Source: an uncultured Verrucomicrobia subdivision 3 bacterium (GTDB lineage: Bacteria; Verrucomicrobiota; Verrucomicrobiia; Limisphaerales; UBA11358). From it: DNA of 64,000 bases. Position numbers and translations under genes: made by a program. The stretch is from contig CAIPKV010000070.1 of NCBI GenBank assembly GCA_903865745.1, forward strand, positions 99,898-163,897, read 5' to 3'. Positions 54,676 through 61,742 of this stretch are shown here, in pieces. Under the pieces are notes generated by a model. The model did no database searches and had not been told where the DNA came from. It saw only the letters and a program-made list of their open reading frames with translations. The first letter of the stretch is position 1, and every line of letters begins with the position of its first letter.

Positions 54676-55425
54676 ATGGAAATACCAAACGAAGGAAAAT
54701 ACGTCTGCAAACTCAATGGCCCACTGGTCATTTACGAGGCATCCACCGGTTCGCTCTGCGCGGCGGTGCCGTGTCAAATGACTGACTCCGGCTTCACGTT
54801 CAAGCACACGATGGTGCTGGTCAAAGCTGACGGAACTATCATGACCAAATCCACCGACACGCTGAAATCTGTGTTCGGCTGGGATGGCGTGGATCCGTTC
54901 TGGCTGATGGATCACTCGCTTGACGACGGCGCGATGCGCGCCGTCGAGTTTGAAATCGTGGGCGGGCCGGAAACGGGCGACAAGGGCGGACAATACTTCA
55001 AATCGCAATGGCTCAATCCGCTGGGCGGCGGATTGAAGACGCCGGAGGCGGCGAATCGGCAGTCGGTGCTGGCGAAGTATGGCAACAAGTTCAAGGCGCT
55101 GGCTGGGGTGGCTAATGGCGGAACATCCAACATTCAACATCCAACATCGAACATCCAATCGGGGAAGGTGCCCGGCAGGATGTCGGCCATAACAGGCAGG
55201 ATGCCGGTTCCACCCGTGCCACCGCCGTTGTTGCCGACGGCCACGATGGAGGAGGCGTGGGCGGCGGTGAATGAAAATAATCCGGGCAAGGATGCCGCCG
55301 TGATTGAAAAAATCTGGTTCGACACGATCGGCAAATTGTTCCCGAACAAATCCAACACGGATCTCAAGGTTCATGAATGGGGTCGGCTCAAGGCGGAGTT
55401 CGAAAAGGATGAACTGCCCATGTAA
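54676..55425 (+). CDS. Phage hypothetical protein (position and N-terminal pattern compatible with an SSB-like/DUF669-type protein)
   Basis: ORF follows erf after 24 nt. The N-terminal beta-rich EGKYVCKLNGPLVIYEAS...FKHTMVLVKADG is suggestive. The C-terminal part carries an in-frame low-complexity repeat (NIQHPTSNIQ...GRMPVPP). The functional call is weak. Confidence 0.5.
   Translation: MEIPNEGKYVCKLNGPLVIYEASTGSLCAAVPCQMTDSGFTFKHTMVLVKADGTIMTKSTDTLKSVFGWDGVDPFWLMDHSLDDGAMRAVEFEIVGGPETGDKGGQYFKSQWLNPLGGGLKTPEAANRQSVLAKYGNKFKALAGVANGGTSNIQHPTSNIQSGKVPGRMSAITGRMPVPPVPPPLLPTATMEEAWAAVNENNPGKDAAVIEKIWFDTIGKLFPNKSNTDLKVHEWGRLKAEFEKDELPM
55122..55215. repeat. Tandem AACATCCAACAT(T/C)(C/G) units followed by duplicated GGCAGGATG motifs, in frame in ORF 54676-55425
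   Basis: aacatccaacattcaacatccaacatcgaacatccaat (55122-55159), then ggcaggatg at ~55174 and ~55194. Confidence 0.7.
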
Positions 55426-55519
55426 GCGGGTAGCACCCGCTGGCCACCAGCCAGACGGGCCACTATCAAAAACCTGAAACGCTGAAATCTGAGACCTGAA
55501 ATCAATTCACCGCGCTGGA

Positions 55520-55542
55520 GTGAGTGCGGGCCGCACCTGCCA
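55520..55542. promoter_or_regulatory. Copy 2 of the junction motif (23-nt version GTGAGTGCGGGCCGCACCTGCCA)
   Basis: 22 of 23 nt match the copy at 57427-57449. The core gtgcgg-g-ccgcac is a 13-bp palindrome. Confidence 0.45.
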
Positions 55543-55580
55543 CCGGCGCCATTTATCAACCACGAAACAAAAAAGTGTTC

Positions 55581-55622
55581 GGCGAGACGCCGACCACGAC
55601 CCGCGAGACGCGGGTGCTACCC
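55581..55622. repeat. Dispersed hairpin element upstream of the ParB-like gene
   Basis: ggcgagacgccgaccacgacccgcgagacgcgggtgctaccc, with a perfect stem acccgcg-aga-cgcgggt at 55599-55615. Confidence 0.6.
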
Positions 55623-55634
55623 AAAATAACAACT

Positions 55635-56492
55635 ATGAAAAACAACGTAACAACTGCTGAATTACTGGGGAAGAATCATCAAGGAGCAGACAAAGTCGCG
55701 CACTACAATTGGAACATTCGGAACGCGCCGGGCGAGTTCCTGATGATTCCGAAACAGGAGCTGGAGGTGGATCACGCCTACCAGCGGAATCAGGTCAATC
55801 CGCGGCGCGTGGACGCGTTGTGCCGCGCCTGGGACTGGATCGCCTGCGGCTGCCTGGTGGTGGCGCTGCGCGATGACAACAAGTGGTATGTGCTGGACGG
55901 CCAGCACCGGAAGCTGGCCGCCGATCAGCGGTCGGATATTAACGAACTGCCGTGCCTGGTGTTTGAGACGACCGGCCGGCGCGAAGAGGCTCTGGGTTTC
56001 CTGGCGATCAATCAGGGGCGGATGGTGGTGGGCTGTCTCGACCGATACAAGGCGCAGTTGCTGGCGGGCGATCCGACGGCGTTTGCGCTGGAAAAGTTGG
56101 TGCGCAGCACGGGGCATCGGTTTGGCCCCAAGCCTTCGGCCCGGACGGTATCTTGCGTGCAGTGTCTTTACACGCTGATGCAGGAGGAGCGGGAACGGTG
56201 CGAACGGCTGTGGCCGCTGCTGGTGGAATTGCATCCGAACGGCCCGATGACGGACGCGGTGATCAAGGGGCTGTGGGTGGTGGACAAGTGGCTGGGCAAA
56301 GAAGGGCGGACGGTGACGACGTCGCCGTATCGGGAAAAGCTCGTGGCGCTGGGCGGCGAAGGGCTCGGGCATGAAATCCGGCGCGAGATCGCGCTGATCG
56401 GGCAAGGTGGCGTGCGGATCAATGGATGCGCCATCGCCAAATACCTCAACAAACAGCGGATGCCCGCGCATTACAAAATCCAACTGAGCTGA
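55635..56492 (+). CDS. ParB-like nuclease (ParB/Srx N-terminal) domain protein
   Basis: ELEVDHAYQRN...RVDALCRAWDWIACGCLVVALRDDNKWYVLDGQHRKLAA matches the ParB N-terminal domain (…DGQHR). Start at ATG 55635; the upstream in-frame sequence is a dispersed hairpin repeat. Confidence 0.7.
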   Translation: MKNNVTTAELLGKNHQGADKVAHYNWNIRNAPGEFLMIPKQELEVDHAYQRNQVNPRRVDALCRAWDWIACGCLVVALRDDNKWYVLDGQHRKLAADQRSDINELPCLVFETTGRREEALGFLAINQGRMVVGCLDRYKAQLLAGDPTAFALEKLVRSTGHRFGPKPSARTVSCVQCLYTLMQEERERCERLWPLLVELHPNGPMTDAVIKGLWVVDKWLGKEGRTVTTSPYREKLVALGGEGLGHEIRREIALIGQGGVRINGCAIAKYLNKQRMPAHYKIQLS

Positions 56493-56575
56493 CCGGCAAG
56501 CTGCCGGTGGCCACCTATAAGAAATTAATTCACCGCGCCAGAGTAACTAAGGCGTATTCACACAAAAAATATAAT

Positions 56576-57430
56576 ATGAAAAATCATACCCAAGTGATGA
56601 GCATCCGGGAGTCACAACGGCTGGTGGAGCTGGAAAAGACCATTGCCAAAGGCAAACAGACCTTTGTGGAGGTGGGGCTGGCGCTGGCGGAAATCCGCGA
56701 TCTGCGGCTTTACAAGCGGGAATACGGCGGATTCGAGGAGTATTGCCGGGAGAAGTGGGGCTGGACGAAGCAGCATGCTTACCGGCTGATTGAGGCGGCT
56801 CCGATCGCAAAGAGTAACTTGCAAGTTACTCTTTCTCAGAACGCCGCCATCGAACTCGCCAAGGCGGAACCGAAGCTTCGCGCCGGGATTGTGCAATCGG
56901 TGGTGGACGAGGGAAAACCGGTGACAGCGGCGGAAATTAAGAAACATCTGCCGCCGGTGCCGGTTCGCCCCACCTCGCCCGTGGTGGCATCACCACCACC
57001 GCCGCCGTCGCGGGTATTGGACGGAACGGGCTGGCCGATTCCGACCCAGCTTATTCCGCTCTGGCTGCGGTCGGATGAAGTCCAGGAAATGCTGACCACG
57101 TTGAGCCGGGTGAAAGGGGCGCTGCGCGCTGCGCAGGATAATCAGGACAAGCTGTTCACCGAGGTCAACTTTTCATCGGCGCTCTCGCAACTGGATCAGG
57201 CGTGGGCGGACATCAAGACGGCGAAGCCATTCGCCGTGTGTCCGACGTGCCAGGGTCAGCTCCCCGACCAGTGCGCCTTGTGCCGCGGTCGCGGGTTGAT
57301 CTCGGAACATCGCTGGAACACCTGTGTGACACGGGAAGACAAGGAATTCCGGTTGCGAGCCGGTGGCAGCGCCACTGGCAACCGGGCCACCGGGGGAAAA
57401 CTAAAACCGGAAACGCTTAAACCAGCGTGA
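56576..57430 (+). CDS. Phage DNA-binding protein: N-terminal KorB/ParB-type HTH-like region plus a C-terminal CxxC...CxxCxGxG zinc ribbon
   Basis: FVEVGLALAEIRDLRLYKREYGGFEEYCREKWGWTKQHAYRLIEAAPI is a common plasmid/phage HTH pattern. The C-terminus has FAVCPTCQGQLPDQCALCRGRGLI. Confidence 0.6.
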   Translation: MKNHTQVMSIRESQRLVELEKTIAKGKQTFVEVGLALAEIRDLRLYKREYGGFEEYCREKWGWTKQHAYRLIEAAPIAKSNLQVTLSQNAAIELAKAEPKLRAGIVQSVVDEGKPVTAAEIKKHLPPVPVRPTSPVVASPPPPPSRVLDGTGWPIPTQLIPLWLRSDEVQEMLTTLSRVKGALRAAQDNQDKLFTEVNFSSALSQLDQAWADIKTAKPFAVCPTCQGQLPDQCALCRGRGLISEHRWNTCVTREDKEFRLRAGGSATGNRATGGKLKPETLKPA

Positions 57431-57449
57431 GTGCGAGCCGCACCTGCCA
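57427..57449. promoter_or_regulatory. Copy 3 of the junction motif, spanning the upstream stop codon and ending 3 nt before the helicase ATG
   Basis: gtgagtgcgagccgcacctgcca. Confidence 0.45.
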
Positions 57450-57452
57450 TAT

Positions 57453-59132
57453 ATGAACCTGCGACCTTATCAATCGGCGGCCAGCAATGCTATTTTTCAA
57501 GAATGGCAGACGGTTAATGCCACGCTGGCGGTCATGGCCACCGGGCTGGGCAAGACAGTCTTGGCCGCCGATCTGGCCCGACGGATGTTTCCCCGCCGCA
57601 CGCTGTTTCTCGCCCATCGCCGCGAACTGATTCATCAGGCGGCGGACAAAATCACGCGCGCCACCGGCCTGCGCTGTGAGATTGAGATGGGCGACTTACG
57701 GGCAGCGGAACATTCGCTGTTCAGTCGCGCGCCGGTCATTGTGTCGAGCATCCAGACACAATGTGCCGGCGGCGACGGCGGCGGGCGCATGGCCAAGTTT
57801 GATCCAGCCCGGTTCGGCTGCGTGATCCTGGACGAGTGTCATCACGCGACGTCGAGCCAATGGCAGCGGGTCATCAACTATTTTCGCACGAATCCCAATT
57901 TAAAAATCTGCGGCATCACGGCCACGCCGGACCGCGCCGATGAGGCGGCGCTGGGACAGGTGTTTCAGTCGGTGGCGTTTGAATACGAAATCCTCGACGG
58001 TATCAAGGATGCTTGGCTTGTTCCCGTGCAGCAGCAACTTGTGCATGTGGCCGGCCTCGACTTCTCCGGCATCCGCACGACGGCCGGCGATTTGAACGGC
58101 GGCGACCTGGCCTCGGTGATGGAAGCCGAGAAAAACATGCAACAGGTGGCGTCGTCGAGCATCGAGATCATCGGGAACAAACGGGCATTGGCATTCACGC
58201 AGTCGGTGAAGCAAGCGGAGATGTTGGCGGAGATTTTCAATCGGAACCGCGCCGGTTCGGCGGCATGGATCTGCGGCAAGACGCCGCACGACAAGCGCAA
58301 GATCATCCTGTCCGATTACGCGCATGGTCATATCCAAATCTTGTGCAACTGCGGCATCACCACCGAAGGTTGGGATGATCCGGCCAATGATATGCAGGGC
58401 GTGCAGGTGTGCATCATGGCCAAGCCGACCAAAAGTAGGAGCCTTTACACGCAGATGGCGGGTCGCGTGATCCGGCCATTGCCGAACACAGTGGACGGGT
58501 TTGATCTGGTCGAAGACCGGAAGTTGTCGATCGCGTCTAGCGCGAAGCCGAGTTGCCTCGTCGTGGATTTTGTCGGCAACAGCGGCCGGCACAAGCTGAT
58601 GACCACCGCCGACATTTTAGGCGGCAAGGTCAGCGACGAGGCCGTCGAAATCGCCGTGCGCAACGCGAAGAAGTCCGGCAAGCCAGTGAACATGACCGAG
58701 GCGCTCGATGAGGCCGAGGAGGAATTGCAGCGGCGCGAGCAGGCGCGGCTCGCCGATGCCGCGCGCCGTGCCCGGCTGGTCGCGAAGGCACGGTTCACGA
58801 CGCAGGAGGTGAACCCGTTTGATGTGCTGGAAATTCAGCCGGTCAAAGCGCGCGGCTGGGACAACGGCCAGCGGCTGTCGGAGAAATGCCGGTCGATGTT
58901 GCAAAAGCATCTGGGTGTGAATCCGGATGCCATTCCCTACGCGCAGGCGATGCAACTGGTGCGCGAGCAGATCCGGCGCTGGGATAACAAGCTGTGCTCG
59001 TTCAAGCAGGCGAAGGTGCTCAAGAAATACGGTTACAGCACCGAGGTCACATTCGAGCAGGCCAGCGCAACGATTGATGCGCTGGCCCGGAATAATTGGC
59101 ACAAGCCCGCACCCGAAACCCAAGCTGCATGA
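57453..59132 (+). CDS. Superfamily 2 DEAD/DEAH-box helicase (phage replication/recombination helicase)
   Basis: LRPYQ, motif I MATGLGKT, motif II ILDECHH, motif III GITATP, and later helicase-C blocks (ILCNCGITTEGWDDP, QMAGRVIRP). Confidence 0.85.
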   Translation: MNLRPYQSAASNAIFQEWQTVNATLAVMATGLGKTVLAADLARRMFPRRTLFLAHRRELIHQAADKITRATGLRCEIEMGDLRAAEHSLFSRAPVIVSSIQTQCAGGDGGGRMAKFDPARFGCVILDECHHATSSQWQRVINYFRTNPNLKICGITATPDRADEAALGQVFQSVAFEYEILDGIKDAWLVPVQQQLVHVAGLDFSGIRTTAGDLNGGDLASVMEAEKNMQQVASSSIEIIGNKRALAFTQSVKQAEMLAEIFNRNRAGSAAWICGKTPHDKRKIILSDYAHGHIQILCNCGITTEGWDDPANDMQGVQVCIMAKPTKSRSLYTQMAGRVIRPLPNTVDGFDLVEDRKLSIASSAKPSCLVVDFVGNSGRHKLMTTADILGGKVSDEAVEIAVRNAKKSGKPVNMTEALDEAEEELQRREQARLADAARRARLVAKARFTTQEVNPFDVLEIQPVKARGWDNGQRLSEKCRSMLQKHLGVNPDAIPYAQAMQLVREQIRRWDNKLCSFKQAKVLKKYGYSTEVTFEQASATIDALARNNWHKPAPETQAA

Positions 59133-59527
59133 ATCTCCCAATTCCAACCCCAACGCTCGCGCGGCTCAATCCGCATCTTTTCGGAATGAAGAATGTAGAA
59201 TGCAGAATGCAGAATTCTGCGGTGAGCCGTGAGGCGGAGCTCCACGAGCAGATTTTTGACGCGTGCCGGCAGCGCGGTTGGATTGCGCTGCACGGCAGCA
59301 TGGCCGAGCGCTCGCACCGCACGCTCGGCGAGCCGGATTTCACGATTCTGGCCGATGGCGGTCGGGTGCTGTTCGTGGAGTGCAAGACCCGGACGGGAAA
59401 ACTTTCGCCCGCGCAAGCCGCGCTGAAATTTCATGCGGAGAAACTCGGGCACACGATCCACGTCGTGCGGTCTTTGGAAGACTTCATTTCCATTACATCA
59501 AACGACGTTCGCCATACATCGACATGA
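59129..59527 (+). CDS. VRR-NUC domain nuclease (PD-(D/E)xK)
   Basis: ...LGEPDFTILADGGRVLFVECKTRTGKLSPAQ... is the VRR-NUC core (D...ExK). ATG 59129 overlaps the helicase stop as ATGA. The N-terminus includes a GAATG-type dispersed repeat. Confidence 0.75.
   Translation: MNLPIPTPTLARLNPHLFGMKNVECRMQNSAVSREAELHEQIFDACRQRGWIALHGSMAERSHRTLGEPDFTILADGGRVLFVECKTRTGKLSPAQAALKFHAEKLGHTIHVVRSLEDFISITSNDVRHTST
59183..59220. repeat. GAATG-type tandem repeat ending in the palindrome GCAGAATTCTGC
   Basis: ggaatgaagaatgtagaatgcagaatgcagaattctgc. It translates in frame as GMKNVECRMQNSA at the VRR-NUC N-terminus. Confidence 0.7.
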
Positions 59528-60336
59528 GTTTCATTCGCGTCACCAAAATGAATCCTTGTCCTATTTGCCGTCAGGCAGGATTACGGGGCATAGATTGGTG
59601 CCGGATTTTTGCTGACGGTTGGATCGAGTGCATGCGCGTCCCGTCGCCCAAGCCGGCGAAGTCCGGCGGCTGGATGTGGCGCTCGCAACGCGAGTTGTCA
59701 CCGGGGCCGAGCCGGGAACCGCGACGGTCCGTCCCACCGCCACCGACCATTAACGCGACGAAGCTGCACCGGGGCTGGTGGGCCAGCACCGATGATGAGA
59801 TGCGTGATGCCTTTGCCCGCGAGCTCGGTTTGTCGGTCGCCGCTTTGAAGTCCGCCGGTGCGGCCTGGGCACCGCTATACGCGTCCTGGGCGTTTCCGAT
59901 GTGCGATGGCTGTGGAAACACCCTCGGCATCCGCCTCCGGGCAAATGACGGGCGCAAGTTCGCCGTGCGCGGCAGTAAGCAGGGCATTTTCATCGCGAAG
60001 GTGCCGCAGCAGCCGACGCTGTTTGTCTGCGAAGGCCCGACCGACACCGCCGCCGCGGTGGAACTCGGATTTTTCGCCGTCGGTCGCCCGAACTGTTGTT
60101 GCGGCGGCACGGACATCAAGATTTTTGTCCGCCGCCACCAGTGTCATCGCGTCGTCGTGGTCTCGGACAACGACAAGCCTGGTCTCGACGGTGCGCGCAA
60201 AGTGGCATTGGAAATCGGTCTGCCGTTTGCTGTGTATGTGCCGCCGGCAAAGGATCTCCGAGAATTCGTCCAACTCGGCGGCACGCGGGCGATGATCGAG
60301 AACACCTTGAAAGGAACGATATGGCGAAATGGATAA
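59524..60336 (+). CDS. Toprim-domain primase-like protein with N-terminal zinc-binding motif
   Basis: MNPCPICRQ...WIEC (Zn motif), then LFVCEGPTDTAAAVELGFFAVG...VVVVSDNDKPGLDGARKVA (Toprim E...DxD). ATG 59524 overlaps the VRR-NUC stop as ATGA. The listed ORF start at 59263 lies inside the previous gene. Confidence 0.75.
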   Translation: MSFIRVTKMNPCPICRQAGLRGIDWCRIFADGWIECMRVPSPKPAKSGGWMWRSQRELSPGPSREPRRSVPPPPTINATKLHRGWWASTDDEMRDAFARELGLSVAALKSAGAAWAPLYASWAFPMCDGCGNTLGIRLRANDGRKFAVRGSKQGIFIAKVPQQPTLFVCEGPTDTAAAVELGFFAVGRPNCCCGGTDIKIFVRRHQCHRVVVVSDNDKPGLDGARKVALEIGLPFAVYVPPAKDLREFVQLGGTRAMIENTLKGTIWRNG

Positions 60337-60764
60337 AGATTGAAACGCACACTCCCGAAAAGGCTGAACTCCGGCAGATTGCCCGGCTGTGCCAATGCAC
60401 GAAAGCGGAGGCGTTTCTGGCGTTCTTCCGCGTGTTCGTCTGGCTGGATGAACAAACCGAGGACGGTCATGTGGATTTTTTCACGCCGGACGATGCCGAT
60501 GAAATCGGCGGGTTGTCCGGCCTGGGCAACGCGCTGGAATCCGTGCGCTGGATCACCTTCAGCCCCGGCGGCGCGGTGGTGGCGAATTGGGAGCGGCACA
60601 ATGGTGAATCGGCCAAAAAGCGGTGTCTGGCCGCCGAACGCATCAAGCGATATCGCAAGAATCACCCGGAATACGGCACCGATGATCCGAAATCTGGAAA
60701 CTACCGTAACGCACAAAGCGTTACCGCAGCGTTACCGGAAGCGTTACCAGATAAGATAAGATAA
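60321..60764 (+). CDS. Phage hypothetical protein (candidate replication initiator/organiser; its 3' end runs into iteron-like repeats)
   Basis: MAKWIKIETHTPEKAELRQIARLCQCTKAEAFLAFFRVFVWLDEQTEDG... starts at ATG 60321 and overlaps the primase 3' end. The last codons are encoded by 3x GCGTTACC and GATAAG repeats. Confidence 0.55.
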   Translation: MAKWIKIETHTPEKAELRQIARLCQCTKAEAFLAFFRVFVWLDEQTEDGHVDFFTPDDADEIGGLSGLGNALESVRWITFSPGGAVVANWERHNGESAKKRCLAAERIKRYRKNHPEYGTDDPKSGNYRNAQSVTAALPEALPDKIR

Positions 60765-60870
60765 GAGGAGATAAGATAAGAATTCTTCCATAGGTAATAA
60801 GGTATAAAGAATACAAGGATATGAGTATAATAGGATATACAGGTATAATAGAAGAGGTAGTAACTCAGAC
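60703..60870. other. Iteron-like repeats plus an AT-rich tract: putative phage origin of replication (or pac/late promoter region)
   Basis: GCGTTACC x3 at 60718, 60729 and 60741 (11-12 bp phasing), plus an inverted near-copy at 60703-60712. GATAAG x5 at 60750-60780. Then GGTATAA/GGATAT-rich AT-rich DNA to ~60870, in an otherwise GC-rich region. Confidence 0.45.
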
Positions 60871-61153
60871 TAGTTATAAGGGACGGCTGCTCCGGTTTCT
60901 TTTTAATCCACCGCCGCTCGCACCGTTGCCGGTGCGGCCAGCGCGCTGCGGCTTTGCTGAACGGCTCGCGAAATATCCGCCTGATCTGGTCACGCACCTC
61001 GGCATGATCCGTTCGAACGCCTACTTCGACGCCGGTTGTCCGCTGGAACTTTGCGACCACGCTGCCGCCCGTGATTTGTGGGCGGTAATTCACGCCGACG
61101 ATCTTGGCGGTGAGCCACCATCAACCAAGGAAGATTATGCCACACCCGTTTGA
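60821..61153 (+). CDS. Possible small hypothetical protein (weak)
   Basis: Only ORF filling the gap between the ori-like tract and terS. Its first ~20 codons lie in the AT-rich repeat tract, and no motif is recognised. Confidence 0.25.
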   Translation: MSIIGYTGIIEEVVTQTSYKGRLLRFLFNPPPLAPLPVRPARCGFAERLAKYPPDLVTHLGMIRSNAYFDAGCPLELCDHAAARDLWAVIHADDLGGEPPSTKEDYATPV

Positions 61154-61742
61154 AAGATTGCCGCGAGAGTCAGAAAAAGCATTTGCCGCGTTCAGCTTGT
61201 ATTTGAGTTTGGGGCCGCAGCGGTCTACCCGCGAGGTAGGGGGAAAATTGGGAAAGAGTGAGGGTTTGATTGAGCGCTGGGCCGCGAAGTTCGACTGGCG
61301 CAGTCGCGTGGCCGCACACACCGCACACCTCGCCATGGTCGAGCGCGAAGCGATCGAGGCGGTGGCGCGTGGCAAGTCGGCGGAATGGTCCAGCCGGGAG
61401 CAGAAATTGCGCGAAACCGAGTGGGCCATGCACGAGCGGGCCATCGCCGCCGCCAAGCGTGGCTTGGATGCCTATATGGCCCGCGAAAAAGTTTACGCGA
61501 ATCTGGCCGACATCGCGCGGATGCTGGAAATCGCGAGCAAGCTGGGGCGGCTGGCGACCGGCCTCGGCGACGGCGAGCGGCGCAACGGCGACGATCTGCC
61601 GGCGATGCGCGTCGAGGTCACCGTTGCGCTGGAAAAAATCTACGGGGTGGCAGCGCCACCGGCCAATGGTTCTGGACTCAATTCGCCGCCAGAGGCGGCG
61701 GCAAAACCGGCCATCGTGGATGTGGAGGAGGTGAAGCCATGA
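61137..61742 (+). CDS. Terminase small subunit (HTH type)
   Basis: MPHPFERLPRESEKAFAAFSLYLSLGPQRSTREVGGKLGKSEGLIERWAAKFDWRSR is the usual TerS HTH N-terminus. AAGGAAG lies upstream of ATG 61137. Its stop overlaps the TerL start as ATGA. Confidence 0.7.
   Translation: MPHPFERLPRESEKAFAAFSLYLSLGPQRSTREVGGKLGKSEGLIERWAAKFDWRSRVAAHTAHLAMVEREAIEAVARGKSAEWSSREQKLRETEWAMHERAIAAAKRGLDAYMAREKVYANLADIARMLEIASKLGRLATGLGDGERRNGDDLPAMRVEVTVALEKIYGVAAPPANGSGLNSPPEAAAKPAIVDVEEVKP

Noticed and set aside
55662-56483. 273-aa minus-strand ORF antisense to the ParB-like gene.
   Set aside because: It has His/Arg/Pro/Gln-rich composition and no motif. The plus-strand frame carries a clear ParB N-terminal domain signature.
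59263-59523. Long N-terminal extensions of the primase ORF (from 59263) and likewise of terL (61385-61738), the ParB-like gene (55524-55634), erf (54019-54051) and the R-M gene (52713-52997).
   Set aside because: The extensions overlap the preceding genes or translate repeat elements. Internal ATGs give ATGA stop/start coupling or proper signal/motif-proximal starts.
60701-61093. 130-aa minus-strand ORF across the AT-rich repeat tract.
   Set aside because: Its translation (…YYLFYYTCISYYTHILVFFIPYY…) is an artefact of the AT-rich iteron region and is antisense to the 3' end of ORF 60321-60764.
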